64,000 bases of DNA from a virus: the IMG/VR virus record IMGVR_UViG_3300045988_103931, positions 1 to 64,000 of that record; one strand, given 5' to 3'. The notes beneath the pieces are model-generated. The model ran no database searches and had not been told where the DNA came from. It worked only from the letters and a program-made list of their open reading frames with translations. Below, one piece after another: positions 8,500 to 17,121 of the stretch (within the stretch, counting starts at the first letter, position 1; every line of letters begins with the position of its first letter). Made by a program: the position numbers and the translations under genes.

Positions 8500-9015
8500 A
8501 TGGGTAAACTTGATTTTTTTGAAAACATAGTCGAACAAAAGCTGATGAATTTGCACACTTGTTTTCTTGCTAAAGTCATATCAACGGATGGCAATACCGC
8601 AAAAATACAACCGTTGGGAAAATCAAAACAGTATGGCGAGACTGCGATAAACCAATCACCTTTATCAAGTGTTCCGATAGCAAATAGTGCAAAGTGGAAA
8701 TATACAAAAGAAACGATAACTTATGTAAAAGATGTGACTATAAACACATCGTCAAACAGTTTTGTGACGGGCGTGGGTGGCGGGAATGAATCTCCTGCAT
8801 ATGCTTCATCCACTGGAACGGCATTGACTTCCGCTTCTTTGACAAAGACGAAAGAAACGAAAGATATAGTCACTGTCAAACCGATAGCGACGGGTGATAT
8901 AGTTGTTTGCGTATGCGGAGACAGAAATATCACCGAAGCGAGAAAAGGCAATAACGCTACACCTCCCGCAGGGCATCACTCAATGTCGGATTCGATAATT
9001 GTGGCAATATTATAA
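8500..9015 (+). CDS. baseplate central spike protein (Gp138-N-like)
   Basis: 171 aa. The N-terminus (LHTCFLAKVISTDGNTAKIQPLGK) resembles the OB-fold N-domain of spike proteins, and the position fits. Confidence 0.5.
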   Translation: MGKLDFFENIVEQKLMNLHTCFLAKVISTDGNTAKIQPLGKSKQYGETAINQSPLSSVPIANSAKWKYTKETITYVKDVTINTSSNSFVTGVGGGNESPAYASSTGTALTSASLTKTKETKDIVTVKPIATGDIVVCVCGDRNITEARKGNNATPPAGHHSMSDSIIVAIL

Positions 9016-9026
9016 GGCGGTGAAGA

Positions 9027-9386
9027 ATGAAAAGTTTTAGCCTTAACGAAAATCATGATATAGATATCAAAAACAATAAAATACAACTCGCAGAGGGTTC
9101 AGAGCTTTTGCGTCAAACTGCGGAATGCACTTTGAATACAAAAATCGGAGAGTGGTTCTTGAACAGCGATTTAGGCATTGACTTTGACGCTATTTTAGGC
9201 AAAGGCATACCCGATGATGAAACCATTAAAAATGTGGTTTTGGAGGGGTTAAGACAGGTTGATGAAACATTCAGAATAGATGATTTTGAAACTGTCTATA
9301 ACTCTAAAACGCGAAAATTAACCGTAAATTTTACCGCTTCAACGGATAGCGGTAGAGTGATAACAATATCCGACATATGGGGGTGA
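9027..9386 (+). CDS. baseplate wedge protein (gp25/GPW / XkdS-like)
   Basis: 119 aa. The pattern LRQTAECTLNTKIGEWFLNSDLGIDF is typical of small gp25-like/DUF2634 proteins located just upstream of baseplate J. Confidence 0.6.
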   Translation: MKSFSLNENHDIDIKNNKIQLAEGSELLRQTAECTLNTKIGEWFLNSDLGIDFDAILGKGIPDDETIKNVVLEGLRQVDETFRIDDFETVYNSKTRKLTVNFTASTDSGRVITISDIWG

Positions 9387-9390
9387 TTAA

Positions 9391-10572
9391 ATGCCTTTAA
9401 CGGAACTGGGCTTTTCGAGAAGAACGTTTGCGGAAATTTTAGCCGCGAAAGAACAAAAGGCAAGAGAGTTGTTTGGAGATGACGTAGACACAAGCGAATT
9501 AACACCGCTTGGAAAGTTTCTCAGAATCAACGCATACGATCAAGCGATAACGGAAGAAGAAGCGGAAAATATCTATTATTCCATTTTTCCGTCCACAGCA
9601 ACAGGGCAGAGCCTTGACAGACTTTGTTGGTTAGTCGGTATTACACGCAATCCCGCGACAGCCGCAGAATATACAGTCAAGGTTACAGGAACAGCGGGAA
9701 CTACCGTGCCTGTTGGCTTTTTCGTCGGCACTGATTCAGAACTTACTTATTACAACGTGGAAGAAAAAACGATAGGCGAAAGTGGAACGGTCGATATAAC
9801 TGTATCTTGCTCTCAATCTGGAGAGATCGGCAATGTATCACCCACAGATATATGTAAAATCGTCAATCCGGTTGTTAATATTTCAAGCGTTGTTGGAACT
9901 GAACAGACAGGAGTGGGCGAAGAAACAGAAAACGATTATTCGCTCAGGCGGCGTTTTGAAGATGCAAAAGAAGGAATGGGAAGTTGCAATGAGATAGCTA
10001 TAAAAGCGGCGTTAATGCGTATTCCTACAGTTACATCTGTAAGCATAACGGTTAATGATACCGACAGCACGGATTCAGGAAATAGACCGCCGAGAAGTTT
10101 TGAGTGCTATATATCTGGCGGGGATGATTATCACACACAAATTGCTGAAACGATATTCGACAAAAAGCCTATAGCAATCAAGACATATGGTAATGTATCT
10201 CAAACCATAACGGATGATGGTGGATATACGCACACTATTAAATTCTCTCACACGACAGATATTGACGTATATGTGCGAATTGCGATCAAGACAACAACGG
10301 GATTCAGCAACGAGACGGGAAAAGAGAGAATCAGAGATAATATCAGGAGCTATATTAATGGCGTAGGAGTAGGAAAGCCTGTTGTGCTATCTCAGATGTA
10401 TGGACTAATACTTGATGTAGATGGTGTACAGGATGTTACGTCCATTGAGTTATCGACAAATGGCACAACATGGAGTTCGTCTAACATAACCGTTCAATCA
10501 TATCAAAACTGCGTATTCAAGCAACTGTCCGTAAAGCAAAACAGCGATAGCAGTTATGAGGTGGTAACGTGA
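9391..10572 (+). CDS. baseplate J-like protein (XkdT-like)
   Basis: 393 aa. Its size and position fit, and it shows J-family-like N-terminal motifs (ELTPLGKFLRINAY...). Confidence 0.75.
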   Translation: MPLTELGFSRRTFAEILAAKEQKARELFGDDVDTSELTPLGKFLRINAYDQAITEEEAENIYYSIFPSTATGQSLDRLCWLVGITRNPATAAEYTVKVTGTAGTTVPVGFFVGTDSELTYYNVEEKTIGESGTVDITVSCSQSGEIGNVSPTDICKIVNPVVNISSVVGTEQTGVGEETENDYSLRRRFEDAKEGMGSCNEIAIKAALMRIPTVTSVSITVNDTDSTDSGNRPPRSFECYISGGDDYHTQIAETIFDKKPIAIKTYGNVSQTITDDGGYTHTIKFSHTTDIDVYVRIAIKTTTGFSNETGKERIRDNIRSYINGVGVGKPVVLSQMYGLILDVDGVQDVTSIELSTNGTTWSSSNITVQSYQNCVFKQLSVKQNSDSSYEVVT

Positions 10573-11195
10573 GGTATTTTAACAAAACCAATCACGCCAA
10601 AAATCTTCCAGACACGTACCGAAAAGACGTAAACAGTAATAACCACAAAATACTTGAGACGGAGCGCGACGCTTGCGAAATTTTGCGCGATACCTTGAAT
10701 GACGTGTACGGGATTCTCGATCTTGACAATGCACCGGGCGAAACGCTTGATATGTATGGGGAGAGAATAGGACAGTCAAGGGGAAACACAACGGACGAGC
10801 AGTACATAGTGCTGATTAAAGCCAAAATCATGCGTAACTTAGCGAACGGCAGTTATAAAGGCGTGTGCAATGCCGTGTGCGCCACATTCGGCTGTGAACA
10901 AAGCGCGTTAAAGTTTGAAGAATCAACCGACCCATGCACCATTAAAGCCACGGTGTTCCCCGTAAAAGAAATCAATGCGGCGGGATTTACTGCTTCACAG
11001 GCACTTGCTATTATCAAGTCACTTTTGCCCGTGTGCGTCACACTGGAAACAATCGTCGTTGACGGCACGTTTGAATTTGCGGACAGTGAGGGAGTTATAG
11101 ACAATAACGCAGGATTCGCCGACGTTGAGGGCGGTACGATAGGCGGCACGTTCGGAACGGTATATGGCGGCGAAGGTTCGGAATTACCTATATAA
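10569..11195 (+). CDS. baseplate/tail-fibre attachment protein (gpI / XkdU-like)
   Basis: 208 aa. It overlaps the stop of the J-like gene by 4 nt, and its position matches the gene downstream of J in P2/PBSX-type tails. Confidence 0.5.
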   Translation: MRYFNKTNHAKNLPDTYRKDVNSNNHKILETERDACEILRDTLNDVYGILDLDNAPGETLDMYGERIGQSRGNTTDEQYIVLIKAKIMRNLANGSYKGVCNAVCATFGCEQSALKFEESTDPCTIKATVFPVKEINAAGFTASQALAIIKSLLPVCVTLETIVVDGTFEFADSEGVIDNNAGFADVEGGTIGGTFGTVYGGEGSELPI

Positions 11196-11207
11196 GGAGG
11201 GCGTATA

Positions 11208-11834
11208 ATGAGCTTCACAAATATTTTTACTGAGTGGGCAAAAAACGGAACGAAAGTAGCACCCACCTCAACCCTTGAAAGCACTGGCTTTACAGGTGGC
11301 ATGAAACCTCCTGCCAGTGTTTTTAACTATATGTGGGATAAGATAGGCAAAGCAATAACGGAGCTACAAACGGCTGTGAGTGGCAAGGTAAGCACAAGCC
11401 AAGGCACAACCGAAAAAGGCAAGTTTCTGTCTGTAGGAACGGACGGCAATGTAACAACGGTAGACAGTCCTGCCAACAGTTGTGTATCAAAATGGCAAGG
11501 AACGGCGGCAAGCGGTAAAACGCTTACCGTTGGTACTGACGGCTATGTAACGGCGGTGGATAAGTCAAGTACAAAGGCAACCGCAACCATCGGAACAACA
11601 TGGACGGGAAGTTCCGCACCGTACACACAGTCTATCAACATTACAGGTGTTACAGCTGATAATGTTGTGGAAATTTCACTACCGACAAACGCAACTGCCG
11701 CGCAAGTTTCCGCATATAACGATCTTGTGTTGCAAGACGGCGGTCAAGCGACGGGGAAAATAACTCTCCGTGCGTTCGGTACGAAAAACTCAATAACCAT
11801 ACCGATTAACGTAATCATTAGGGGGGATTTATAA
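11208..11834 (+). CDS. tail fibre-associated protein
   Basis: 208 aa. It contains an internal duplication (GKFLSVGTDGNVTTVD / GKTLTVGTDGYVTAVD) and has SD AGGAGGG. Confidence 0.45.
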   Translation: MSFTNIFTEWAKNGTKVAPTSTLESTGFTGGMKPPASVFNYMWDKIGKAITELQTAVSGKVSTSQGTTEKGKFLSVGTDGNVTTVDSPANSCVSKWQGTAASGKTLTVGTDGYVTAVDKSSTKATATIGTTWTGSSAPYTQSINITGVTADNVVEISLPTNATAAQVSAYNDLVLQDGGQATGKITLRAFGTKNSITIPINVIIRGDL

Positions 11835-12526
11835 TGCCTATTCTGATCAAAGGCTCTGGCGGAAAGAAAGCCAAACTGCAACCGAAGTCAACAACGCCGA
11901 CAAAAAGCGAACAGACTATCATGCCCGACAGTGGATTTGACGGACTGAGCCAATGCAAGGTATACCCTATTCCCTCATCTTATGTTTCTCCGTCGTATAC
12001 GCAAAGCTCTAAAACATGGACACCGGGAACAAGCAATCAATATATTTCAAGCGGAACGTACTGTTCGGGACTACAGACAATCGAAGGTGATAGCAATCTC
12101 GTTGCAAGTAATATAAAAAAAGGCGTTAGCATTTTCGGAAAAACTGGGACTTACGCTCCAGAAATAGTCGAGGGCAAAGTGTATGGAAGTGGTGATTCGA
12201 TAACCATTGATATATCTTCCTTAACAAAGACACCTTACTATGTTTTTTTGGTTGCGGTAAATCCACAAAACAATGATTCTTATGTGAGAATGTTAAGCTG
12301 GCACATCGGTGATTATAGCGTCACAGCAGCGAGACTGTATCTTGGCACTTCTTCTTTCAAAGTTAAGTATCCATCTGTAACTGATTTGGATTCAACTTCA
12401 ACTCAGTTGATCTTAGAAGTAAGTAAGTTGTCATCTGCTCCGAGCGGTGACGGCTCTATTCCCGTAGAAGAAATAAAATATTTTTACACCGATACGCAGT
12501 ACGAATATGTAGTCTTTGCGCAATAA
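11834..12526 (+). CDS. tail-associated protein, function unknown
   Basis: 230 aa. Its start overlaps the previous stop (TAATG). Confidence 0.4.
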   Translation: MPILIKGSGGKKAKLQPKSTTPTKSEQTIMPDSGFDGLSQCKVYPIPSSYVSPSYTQSSKTWTPGTSNQYISSGTYCSGLQTIEGDSNLVASNIKKGVSIFGKTGTYAPEIVEGKVYGSGDSITIDISSLTKTPYYVFLVAVNPQNNDSYVRMLSWHIGDYSVTAARLYLGTSSFKVKYPSVTDLDSTSTQLILEVSKLSSAPSGDGSIPVEEIKYFYTDTQYEYVVFAQ

Positions 12527-12561
12527 TCCCTTAAAATATATTTTTGAAAAGGAGTATTATC

Positions 12562-14769
12562 ATGAACGAGAACGAAACAAAAGTAACTCAATCTTACAAC
12601 GAACAGCCTAACCCTCCAACAGCAGAAACAAATGCAACAAGAGAAGCGTGGGCGTGTACCACTCCCGAAATTGGTTACGGAGATTACGATACCAACGTAT
12701 CGTTGCAAAGCAAGCTCGATGATATTGATAGCACTGTTGCGGGTAAAGCCAATGCAACGCACAATCAGAGCGCAAGCACCATCACAGGACTTGCAACTGT
12801 AGCGACAAGTGGACTGTATGCAGACTTAGAGGGTTCGCCTACCTCACTTCCTGCGAACGGCGGTAATGCCGATACCGTAGACAACAAACACGCAAGTGAT
12901 TTTGCAACGGCAAGCCACACACACACACAATATGCAAGCACAAGTCACAGTCATGCTCAGAGCGACGTAACGGGTCTCACAGACGCATTAAACGGTAAAG
13001 CGAATACTAACCATACCCATAATTACGCCGCTTCTACGCACACTCACACGCTCGACAGCATATCAGAGACAACAAGCAAAAAGGTTATGACAGCAGCAGA
13101 ACGGACAAAGCTGTCAGGCATTGCAGAAAACGCGAACAACTACACACACCCCGCAAGTCATGCGGCAAGCATGATAACAGGACTTGCAACCGTGGCAACG
13201 TCGGGAAAGTACGCTGATTTAAGCGGCAAGCCTACATCAATGACACCGACAGCGCACACGCACGCGCAAAGCGATATAACGGGACTTGCAACCGCTCTGT
13301 CGGGAAAAGCAGATACCGAACATACACATGAACAGTCGGATATAACGGGACTTGCTACCGCTCTTGCAGGAAAAGCCGCTTCAAGTCATACACACAGCGC
13401 AGTTACGGCGGCGGCAAATGGCATGATGATTGCGGCTGATAAACAAAAACTTGATGGCATTGCAACGGGAGCGAACAAAACCGTTGTTGACAGCGCATTA
13501 AGCTCGACAAGCACAAACCCCGTTCAGAATAAAGTTATAAACAATGCACTGTACGGAAAAGCAAACTCAAGTCACACACACGCTCAGAGCGACGTGACAG
13601 GACTTGAGAGCGCATTAAACAACAAGGCTAATACAACACACACCCATGCGCAAACGGCTATTACAGGGCTTTCTGACGCGCTTGCAGGCAAGGCAAACAC
13701 AGACCATACGCACATACTATATCATTCTACACAGACCGTATCGTCTTACAAATTGATATACCTTGCAACTAACGGAAACGACAACAACAATGGATTTTCA
13801 CAGTCAACTCCGATGAAAACGATTAAAGGCACGCTGAAAAAGTACGCAGATAAATACAAGTTCCTTGATCTTCGTCTTGCGGATGGAACTTATACAGAAG
13901 ATATAGGCACTATAGCGTTAGACCAGTGCAATCTTTCGATAAGAAGTATCTCGGAAGACAAAGACAAAGTTACGCTGAATATGCAAACGACGATGGAGTT
14001 GAGCGTGTGTGAAATGAGAATGTACAACATGACGATCAACGTACCAATTACGGGAGTTAGAGCGATAAGTGTAAATGCAGGTGTATTCTATGCGTATGCT
14101 GTAAGGTTTAATGTCCCGATAAACTCTAATTCAAGTTGTATTAACGTATACAATGGAAGTTCCGCATTCCTGATGAACTGCATTCTCAATAGCGGCACTG
14201 GCTCGTCAACAGGCGCGTGCATTTACGGCAATCAAGCAATGATGATTAAAGCTATCAACTGCACAAGCGAAAGAACGGTTGCTACAGCATTCTATGCTCA
14301 TAACGGAACGGAAATCATCTACTCTGACACAATAACAGCAACCACAAAAACTAAGGAGACGTACTACGGCAAATGCACCGTCAGGGCGGCTAATCCAAGT
14401 ACGATTTTGTGGACTGGAGTTCTGTTCATGAACGCAAATCACACTATCACGCCAACAAAGAAGCTTTCAGATTGTCAAAACGGATGGATGTTGCTGTGGT
14501 CTGATTACGATGAGGATGGGAAGGCGGCTCAAGACGCAGACTTCGTTACAACCATGATTCCTAAAAAGAAGCCAAACGGAGGAACATGGGACGGGAAAAC
14601 ATTCCACTGCGATGTTCCGAGGTATTACGGCAGCAACACAAACGATGTAGATACAGAGAGAAGAGTAATAAAAACACTGTATATCTACAACGACAAGATA
14701 GTTGGGCACGTTGTCAACGATAAGGATGAGCGCACGGACGTTGTTCTTCGGGCGGTATATGAATATTAA
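12562..14769 (+). CDS. tail fibre protein with HxH / fibre-repeat array
   Basis: ATG 12562 lies behind AAAGGAG. The protein carries repeated units HTHAQSDITGLATAL.GKA...HTH and the motif ITGLATVATSGKYADLSGKP, followed by a C-terminal, possibly beta-helical, domain. Confidence 0.8.
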   Translation: MNENETKVTQSYNEQPNPPTAETNATREAWACTTPEIGYGDYDTNVSLQSKLDDIDSTVAGKANATHNQSASTITGLATVATSGLYADLEGSPTSLPANGGNADTVDNKHASDFATASHTHTQYASTSHSHAQSDVTGLTDALNGKANTNHTHNYAASTHTHTLDSISETTSKKVMTAAERTKLSGIAENANNYTHPASHAASMITGLATVATSGKYADLSGKPTSMTPTAHTHAQSDITGLATALSGKADTEHTHEQSDITGLATALAGKAASSHTHSAVTAAANGMMIAADKQKLDGIATGANKTVVDSALSSTSTNPVQNKVINNALYGKANSSHTHAQSDVTGLESALNNKANTTHTHAQTAITGLSDALAGKANTDHTHILYHSTQTVSSYKLIYLATNGNDNNNGFSQSTPMKTIKGTLKKYADKYKFLDLRLADGTYTEDIGTIALDQCNLSIRSISEDKDKVTLNMQTTMELSVCEMRMYNMTINVPITGVRAISVNAGVFYAYAVRFNVPINSNSSCINVYNGSSAFLMNCILNSGTGSSTGACIYGNQAMMIKAINCTSERTVATAFYAHNGTEIIYSDTITATTKTKETYYGKCTVRAANPSTILWTGVLFMNANHTITPTKKLSDCQNGWMLLWSDYDEDGKAAQDADFVTTMIPKKKPNGGTWDGKTFHCDVPRYYGSNTNDVDTERRVIKTLYIYNDKIVGHVVNDKDERTDVVLRAVYEY

Positions 14770-15043
14770 ACGTCCAAAAAGAATTGAAACAAGCAAGCTA
14801 ATATTGATAGTATCATACGCAATGGCGGTCGCTTTGACCGCCATTGTTGTTTATGGTTCGTTCGCTTATCTTGATATGTCAAGCGTTGTGCAGATAGCAC
14901 TTGCGGCATGGGCAGAGGTTGCCGCAACAAACGTCTGGTATTACAAAAAAGCGGGCAGAGAAAACGCGCTCAAAATCTACAAATCCTTACCACAAGAAAT
15001 TAAGGATCAAGTTGATATAAATCAAATAATTAATCATGAATGA
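14759..15043 (+). CDS. two-TM membrane protein, holin-like
   Basis: ATG 14759 overlaps the fibre stop. There are two hydrophobic helices (LILIVSYAMAVALTAIVVYGSFAYL and VVQIALAAWAEVAATNVWYY) and a charged C-terminus. It sits upstream of the lysis genes. Confidence 0.5.
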   Translation: MNIKRPKRIETSKLILIVSYAMAVALTAIVVYGSFAYLDMSSVVQIALAAWAEVAATNVWYYKKAGRENALKIYKSLPQEIKDQVDINQIINHE

Positions 15044-15053
15044 GGTGTAATAT

Positions 15054-15365
15054 ATGTTTGATGTAACTGAAATTATTTCTGGGGTTATTACAATTATAAC
15101 GGCTCTCATAACCGTATTTCTGATACCTTATCTCAAGGCGAAACTTGATGAAGCAAAAAGAAAGCGTATAAAAGAATACGTTGACGTTGCCGTGAAAGCC
15201 GCAGAACAATTATTCCCGTCTATTGACGGTGAAAAAATGGGCATAGAAAAGCTCAATTATGTAGCCAAACTGCTTGAAGCAAAAGGCATTACATTCAATG
15301 TTGAAGACGTGACTGATGATATACGTGCAATGATTGAATCGTCCGTGAACGAGTTTACAAAATAA
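15054..15365 (+). CDS. holin (LL-H / phage_holin_6-like)
   Basis: 103 aa. It has an N-terminal TM (IISGVITIITALITVFLIPYL) and then an amphipathic region, and lies immediately upstream of the endolysin. Confidence 0.6.
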   Translation: MFDVTEIISGVITIITALITVFLIPYLKAKLDEAKRKRIKEYVDVAVKAAEQLFPSIDGEKMGIEKLNYVAKLLEAKGITFNVEDVTDDIRAMIESSVNEFTK

Positions 15366-15366
15366 C

Positions 15367-15392
15367 AACGCGCATTTTTTGCGCGTTTTTTT
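15367..15392 (+). terminator. intrinsic terminator-like hairpin between holin and endolysin
   Basis: AACGCGC (15367-15373), loop atttttt, GCGCGTT (15381-15387), then a T-run. Confidence 0.5.
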
Positions 15393-15408
15393 ATTGGAGG
15401 TATAAACT

Positions 15409-16248
15409 ATGGCATACAAAGTTATTGATATATCTCAGTGGAATGGGAATATTGATTGGAATAAGGCGAAAAATGAAATAGATGGGGCTATTATCCGTGC
15501 GGGTTATCGTGGATATGGTGCAGCAGGAACATTAGCAACCGACACCAAATTCAACGAGAACATGAGTAATGCCATTGCGGCGGGTGTGCCTGTCGGGGTT
15601 TACTGGCTTAGTCAGGCATTATCAGAAGCAGAAGCAAAAGCCGAAGCGGTATATCTTGTGAGTCTCATGAAGAAATACAAGGTAGCATATCCTGTTTACC
15701 TTGACAGCGAACACGGAGAAATACACGGCAACGGACGCGCCGATAAGCTCGACAAAGGTACACGAACAAAATACGCAAAAGCGTTTTTAAAAGCACTCAA
15801 AGACGCAGGATACACGGCAGGACTGTATTGCTCTGAATGGTGGTACATGAATGATATTGACGGCAAATCCATCAGTGATGATGGTTATACAGTATGGTGC
15901 GCAAACATTACGAACAAGCCTAAGATAAGCAAATATGACGCATGGCAATACACATGGAAAGGTAAAATCTCTGGTATTAACGGTGATGTAGATGTAAGTT
16001 ATTTTTACAAAAAGTTCGGTGAGAAAACAACTGCCACGGCACAAAAACCTGCCGCGAAATACTTTGTAAAAACTACTTACACGGGTGTGTCATTGGTCGA
16101 GGGATTGCGTTCTATTGGCGCACAAAACACATTCGCTTATCGCAAGCAAATAGCAAAGGCAAACGGCATTTTGAATTACACAGGAACAGCGGTTCAAAAT
16201 ACTAAATTGCTTGATTTGCTCAAAAAAGGCAAATTAATCAAACCATAA
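15409..16248 (+). CDS. endolysin, GH25 muramidase with C-terminal wall-binding-like domain
   Basis: GH25 hallmarks are present: VIDISQWNG.IDW, GAIIRAGY, VGVYW and YLDSE. The C-terminal ~70 aa are unassigned. Confidence 0.85.
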   Translation: MAYKVIDISQWNGNIDWNKAKNEIDGAIIRAGYRGYGAAGTLATDTKFNENMSNAIAAGVPVGVYWLSQALSEAEAKAEAVYLVSLMKKYKVAYPVYLDSEHGEIHGNGRADKLDKGTRTKYAKAFLKALKDAGYTAGLYCSEWWYMNDIDGKSISDDGYTVWCANITNKPKISKYDAWQYTWKGKISGINGDVDVSYFYKKFGEKTTATAQKPAAKYFVKTTYTGVSLVEGLRSIGAQNTFAYRKQIAKANGILNYTGTAVQNTKLLDLLKKGKLIKP

Positions 16249-16251
16249 TAA

Positions 16252-16332
16252 AAAATGAAAATGAAAATGATAATGAGAATGAGAATGAAGTATCGTACCA
16301 CGATTCGTGGCACGATTCGTGCAACGATTCGC
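16252..16332 (+). repeat. origin-like repeat, copy A (AT-rich hexamer run plus ACGATTCGT palindromes)
   Basis: Positions 16252-16304 match 50714-50772 apart from one 6-nt indel. They are followed by three copies of the palindrome ACGAtTCG(T/C). Confidence 0.7.
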
Positions 16333-16354
16333 TCTCATACTCATAATCAGAACG

Positions 16355-16391
16355 AAGCTCATCCGATTATATTTCGGGTGAGCTTTTTTTG
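16355..16391 (+). terminator. intrinsic terminator of the lysis operon
   Basis: AAGCTCAtCCG pairs with CGGgTGAGCTT, followed by TTTTTTT. Confidence 0.7.
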
Positions 16392-16431
16392 TTGATAAAA
16401 ATATCAAAACAAGAAACAAAAAGATAACAAC

Positions 16432-16457
16432 GCGTTCATATCGTGGTAACATATATG
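16432..16457 (+). promoter_or_regulatory. promoter-like unit u0 (partial)
   Basis: GCGTTCATATcgTGGTAACATATATG. It shares the GTTCATAT and TGgTA.CATATAT elements with u1 and u2. Confidence 0.3.
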
Positions 16458-16458
16458 A

Positions 16459-16626
16459 GTTATACTTATAACATCACAGAGATGTGAAATATTTAAAGAA
16501 AAGAGGTAAAACCTTTCTCTTTGCTTTTAGCGCAGGTGTTTTATTATATTTTATAAGAACAGTCCGCTCATAACAAAAAATCGGCAAAACAAAAAATCCG
16601 TAACGAGCAATACGGATTTTTTTGTT
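16459..16626 (+). ncRNA. candidate short transcript 0
   Basis: It runs from u0 to the terminator at 16591-16626 and has no credible ORF. Confidence 0.2.
16591..16626 (+). terminator. intrinsic terminator
   Basis: ATCCGTA (16596-16602), an 8-nt loop, TACGGAT (16611-16617), then TTTTTTT. Confidence 0.65.
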
Positions 16627-16635
16627 TTCAATATT

Positions 16636-16690
16636 AATTTACTTTGTGTTCATATTGAGTTCATAGTGGTGTGGTATCATATATGTACAG
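16636..16690 (+). promoter_or_regulatory. promoter-like repeat u1
   Basis: ATTTACTTTGtGTTCATATtgAGTTCATAgtggTGTGGTATCATATATgTACA. It is a near-copy of u2, with an extended -10-like TGTGgTATCAT. Confidence 0.4.
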
Positions 16691-16800
16691 AGTGATGTTC
16701 CGTTTAAAAATGTCGTAGTTTTTAAAAAAACATTTTAATCTGTCCTTTCTTTCCTATTTCCCCTTGTTTGAAAAACCCACGTCCGCAGCGTGGGTTTTTC
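16688..16800 (+). ncRNA. candidate sRNA 1 (~110 nt)
   Basis: It runs from u1 to the terminator at 16771-16800. The only ORF inside is 7 codons. Confidence 0.3.
16771..16800 (+). terminator. intrinsic terminator
   Basis: CCCACG (16776-16781), a 7-nt loop, CGTGGG (16789-16794), then TTTTT. An A-run lies upstream. Confidence 0.7.
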
Positions 16801-16807
16801 TTATTTT

Positions 16808-16860
16808 ATTTACTTTGCGTTCATATCAAGTTCATATATGCATGGTATCATATATACATG
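16808..16860 (+). promoter_or_regulatory. promoter-like repeat u2
   Basis: ATTTACTTTGcGTTCATATcaAGTTCATAtatgcaTGGTATCATATATACA. Confidence 0.4.
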
Positions 16861-16935
16861 AGATGATTTTAAATCAATCTCAACTCCGATCCGAAAAGTG
16901 CCTTGCTATTGCTCTATGCAAGGTGCTTTTTTTAT
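16858..16935 (+). ncRNA. candidate sRNA 2 (~80 nt)
   Basis: A 5' hairpin (GAGATGATTT / AAATCAATCTC) is followed by a terminator hairpin. Confidence 0.3.
16894..16935 (+). terminator. intrinsic terminator
   Basis: AGTGCCTTGC pairs with GCAAGGTGCT (10 bp including 2 G-U pairs), followed by TTTTTTTATTTT. Confidence 0.6.
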
Positions 16936-16962
16936 TTTCGAAAAGAATAGCGTTTTAATAAA

Positions 16963-17000
16963 TGCCGTCTGATTTTGCAATCGGACGGTTTTATTTTTTT
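16963..17000 (+). terminator. intrinsic terminator
   Basis: CCGTCtGATT (16965-16974), loop ttgc, AATCgGACGG (16979-16988), then TTTTATTTTTTT. Confidence 0.7.
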
Positions 17001-17005
17001 GGAAT

Positions 17006-17079
17006 TGTGAACGATGATTTACAGATTGTTCACAAAATACTGTGGAATACATACCGCGGGAGAGGTATGATATAATCAC
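17006..17079 (+). promoter_or_regulatory. early promoter/operator cassette c1
   Basis: TTGTGAAC-N14-GTTCACAA inverted repeat around GATTTACA; ATACC-N9-GGTAT; then TATGATATAAT. Confidence 0.6.
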
Positions 17080-17121
17080 GATAAGGAAAACACAAACACA
17101 AATCCAAAGAAGGGGAAGAAA

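Noticed and set aside
17006-17040. Whether the TGAACA...TGTTCA dyad of the cassettes is a Firmicutes LexA (Cheo) box.
   Set aside because: The Cheo box is GAAC-N4-GTTC. Here the GAAC and GTTC half-sites are 11-15 nt apart, so it is not a canonical SOS box.
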